Shown piece by piece: positions 63,430-64,000 of a stretch of DNA of 64,000 nucleotides. A program made the translations under genes and the position numbers. The stretch lies in NCBI RefSeq assembly GCF_001194135.2, contig NC_068992.1, forward strand, positions 60,447,022 to 60,511,021, in the 5' to 3' direction. The notes under the pieces are model-generated. The model saw only the letters and a list, made by a program, of their open reading frames with translations. It had not been told where the DNA came from and did not search any database. The stretch comes from Octopus bimaculoides. Lineage: Eukaryota. The stretch's first letter is position 1; the number at the start of each line of letters is the position of its first letter.

Positions 63430-63842
63430 ATAGGGGTAAACGTGGCTATGTGATAAGAATTTTGCTTTACAACCAATTGGTTCCAGTTTGAGTCTCACTG
63501 CATGGCACCTTAAGCAGGTGGCTTCTAATATAACCCCAAGCCGACGAAAGCCTTGAGAATGCATTTGGTTGACGGAAAATGGAATACGCCCGTCGCATAT
63601 AAATATATGCATATATCCATTTCCGTTTGTTTGTATTTGTCCTCCACTAGCGCTTGATAACCGGTGTTAGGTTGCTTGCATTCCCGTAAATTAGCGGTTC
63701 GGCAAAATGGAGAGAGAGAGAATACGTACCAGGCTATTAAACATTGGCGGCGGTGGGGGGGGGGGAGTCAATTAATTCGTCTACAACCCTACAAGGCGAC
63801 GCTTCAGCATGGCTGCAGTCCAGTGACTAAAACAAGTACAGT
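63430..63842 (+). mobile_element. SINE family B
   Basis: GTGGCTATGTGATAAGAATTTTGCTTTACAACC...GGCACCTTAAGCAGG (CORE)...GACTAAAACAAGTA. Confidence 0.85.
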
Positions 63843-63887
63843 ATAAACGATTACCACAGCGTACTTCTAATAAGATTGTTCATTCAA

Positions 63888-64000
63888 GTCGGCCAGCTGG
63901 CAGAAACGTTAGCACGCCGGGCGAAATGCTTAGCGGTATTCCGTCTGCCACTGCGTTCTGAGTTCAAATTCCGCCGAGGTCGACTTTGCCTTTCATCCTT
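63888..64000 (+). mobile_element. SINE family A (cut by the window end)
   Basis: AGCTGGCAGAAACGTTAGCACGCCGGGCGAAATGCTTAGCGGTATT...GTTCAAATTCCGCCGAGGTCGACTTTGCC. Confidence 0.93.

Overview
AT-rich eukaryotic (animal) genomic DNA. About 9 kb is N, in 21 scaffold gaps that mostly border microsatellites. The mix of tRNA-derived SINE families, (TA)n/(CA)n/(TAGA)n/(TACA)n tracts and mariner fossils looks like an Octopus/cephalopod assembly (inference from recognising the repeats). I could not identify an intact named gene, rRNA, true tRNA or CRISPR array. Almost all long ORFs in the supplied track are artefacts of N-runs or microsatellites. Supported content: many SINE copies from about four families, two mariner transposase remnants, a Gypsy integrase C-terminus with polypurine tract joined to a LINE ORF1 fragment, a complete ~180-bp Helitron-like element, a ~33-bp A-tract satellite, and a 37-bp minisatellite with ABBB-ABBB order. 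There are also several decayed or duplicated protein-coding fragments and scattered candidate exons. The most unusual signal is three unrelated short elements carrying minimal type-I hammerhead ribozyme cores (CTGATGA...GAAA with a palindromic stem III). One is a self-contained ~155-bp palindrome (13838-13996), one a 129-bp inverted pair (6943-7071 / 8641-8769), and one a near-complete single motif (24350-24430). They suggest Penelope-like pLTR or retrozyme derivatives. All folding and alignments were done by eye.
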